A stretch of 63,481 nt of DNA, filler included, from Octopus bimaculoides (taxonomy: Eukaryota), in assembly GCF_001194135.2 (NCBI RefSeq). It is 5 parts of 5 records of this genome, joined end to end, with 100 filler letters (N's around TTAATTAATTAA, not from the genome) between each part and the next. Parts side by side here need not be neighbours in the genome. Positions count along the whole stretch, not along the records: positions 60,599 to 63,481 come from NW_026432497.1; 4 more parts are not named here. One strand, 5' to 3'. The first letter of the stretch is position 1, and each line of letters begins with the position of its first letter. The notes below the pieces were generated by a model that saw only the letters and a program-made list of their open reading frames with translations, was not told where the DNA came from and did not search any database. Of the stretch, positions 63,124 to 63,481 are shown piece by piece. A program made the translations under genes and the position numbers.

Positions 63124-63481
63124 TGATACATATACTACGGGCTTCTTCCAGTTTCTGTCTATATATATATATATGTATATGTGTGTATATGTTTGTCCCC
63201 CCCCCNNNNNNNNNNNNNNNNNNNNNNNNNNNNNNNNNNNNNNNNNNNNNNNNNNNNNNNNNNNNNNNNNNNNNNNNNNNNNNNNNNNNNNNNATAGAAT
63301 AAGTACTAGGCTTACAAAGAACAAGCTCTGGGGTCGATTTGCTCGACTATAAAGGCGGTGCTCAAGCATGGCTGCAGTCAAATGATTGAAACATGTAAGA
63401 GAGAGTAAAAGATAATATATACCTTGAAGCAGGCTATCCACATACTAGAAATAACAGCCAAATCTCACAAAACTGCGATAA

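Noticed and set aside
36-63441. Most ORFs in the supplied track (THTH, YIYI, CVCV, LSIY, RERE, poly-V/I/T, X-filled)
   Set aside because: They are translations of microsatellites and N gaps.

Overview
Eukaryotic, AT-rich, microsatellite-saturated draft-assembly sequence with many N gaps. The repeat repertoire (three recurring SINE-like families, RTE, R4/Dong, CR1 and Penelope-like retroelements, mariner, MULE and Helitron relics) suggests a coleoid cephalopod, probably Octopus; this is inference from repeat resemblance, not a database match. There is no intact multi-exon gene I can name, no rRNA/tRNA gene and no CRISPR array. All transposon ORFs are fragmented or frameshifted. Best-supported structures: (1) a Penelope-like retroelement (53874-57909) with an inverted pseudo-LTR pair, each arm carrying a minimal hammerhead-ribozyme fold with a palindromic helix III and a CCGA core variant; (2) a FLYWCH-MULE DNA transposon with TIRs and a 9-bp TSD (one mismatch) nested in an RTE 3' tail; (3) a SINE nested in a SINE with a 13-bp TSD; (4) several long fold-back inverted repeats (37519-37775, 53368-53676, 59732-59944, 63003-63123). 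The most speculative but most interesting signal is a series of short plus-strand segments in 0.5-36 kb. Each follows a 3' splice-site-like sequence and reads in phase 1 as a micro-exon or a short alternative C-terminal peptide, possibly a cassette of alternative last exons of an unidentified host gene. This needs RNA-seq, because short AG-to-stop frames also arise by chance.
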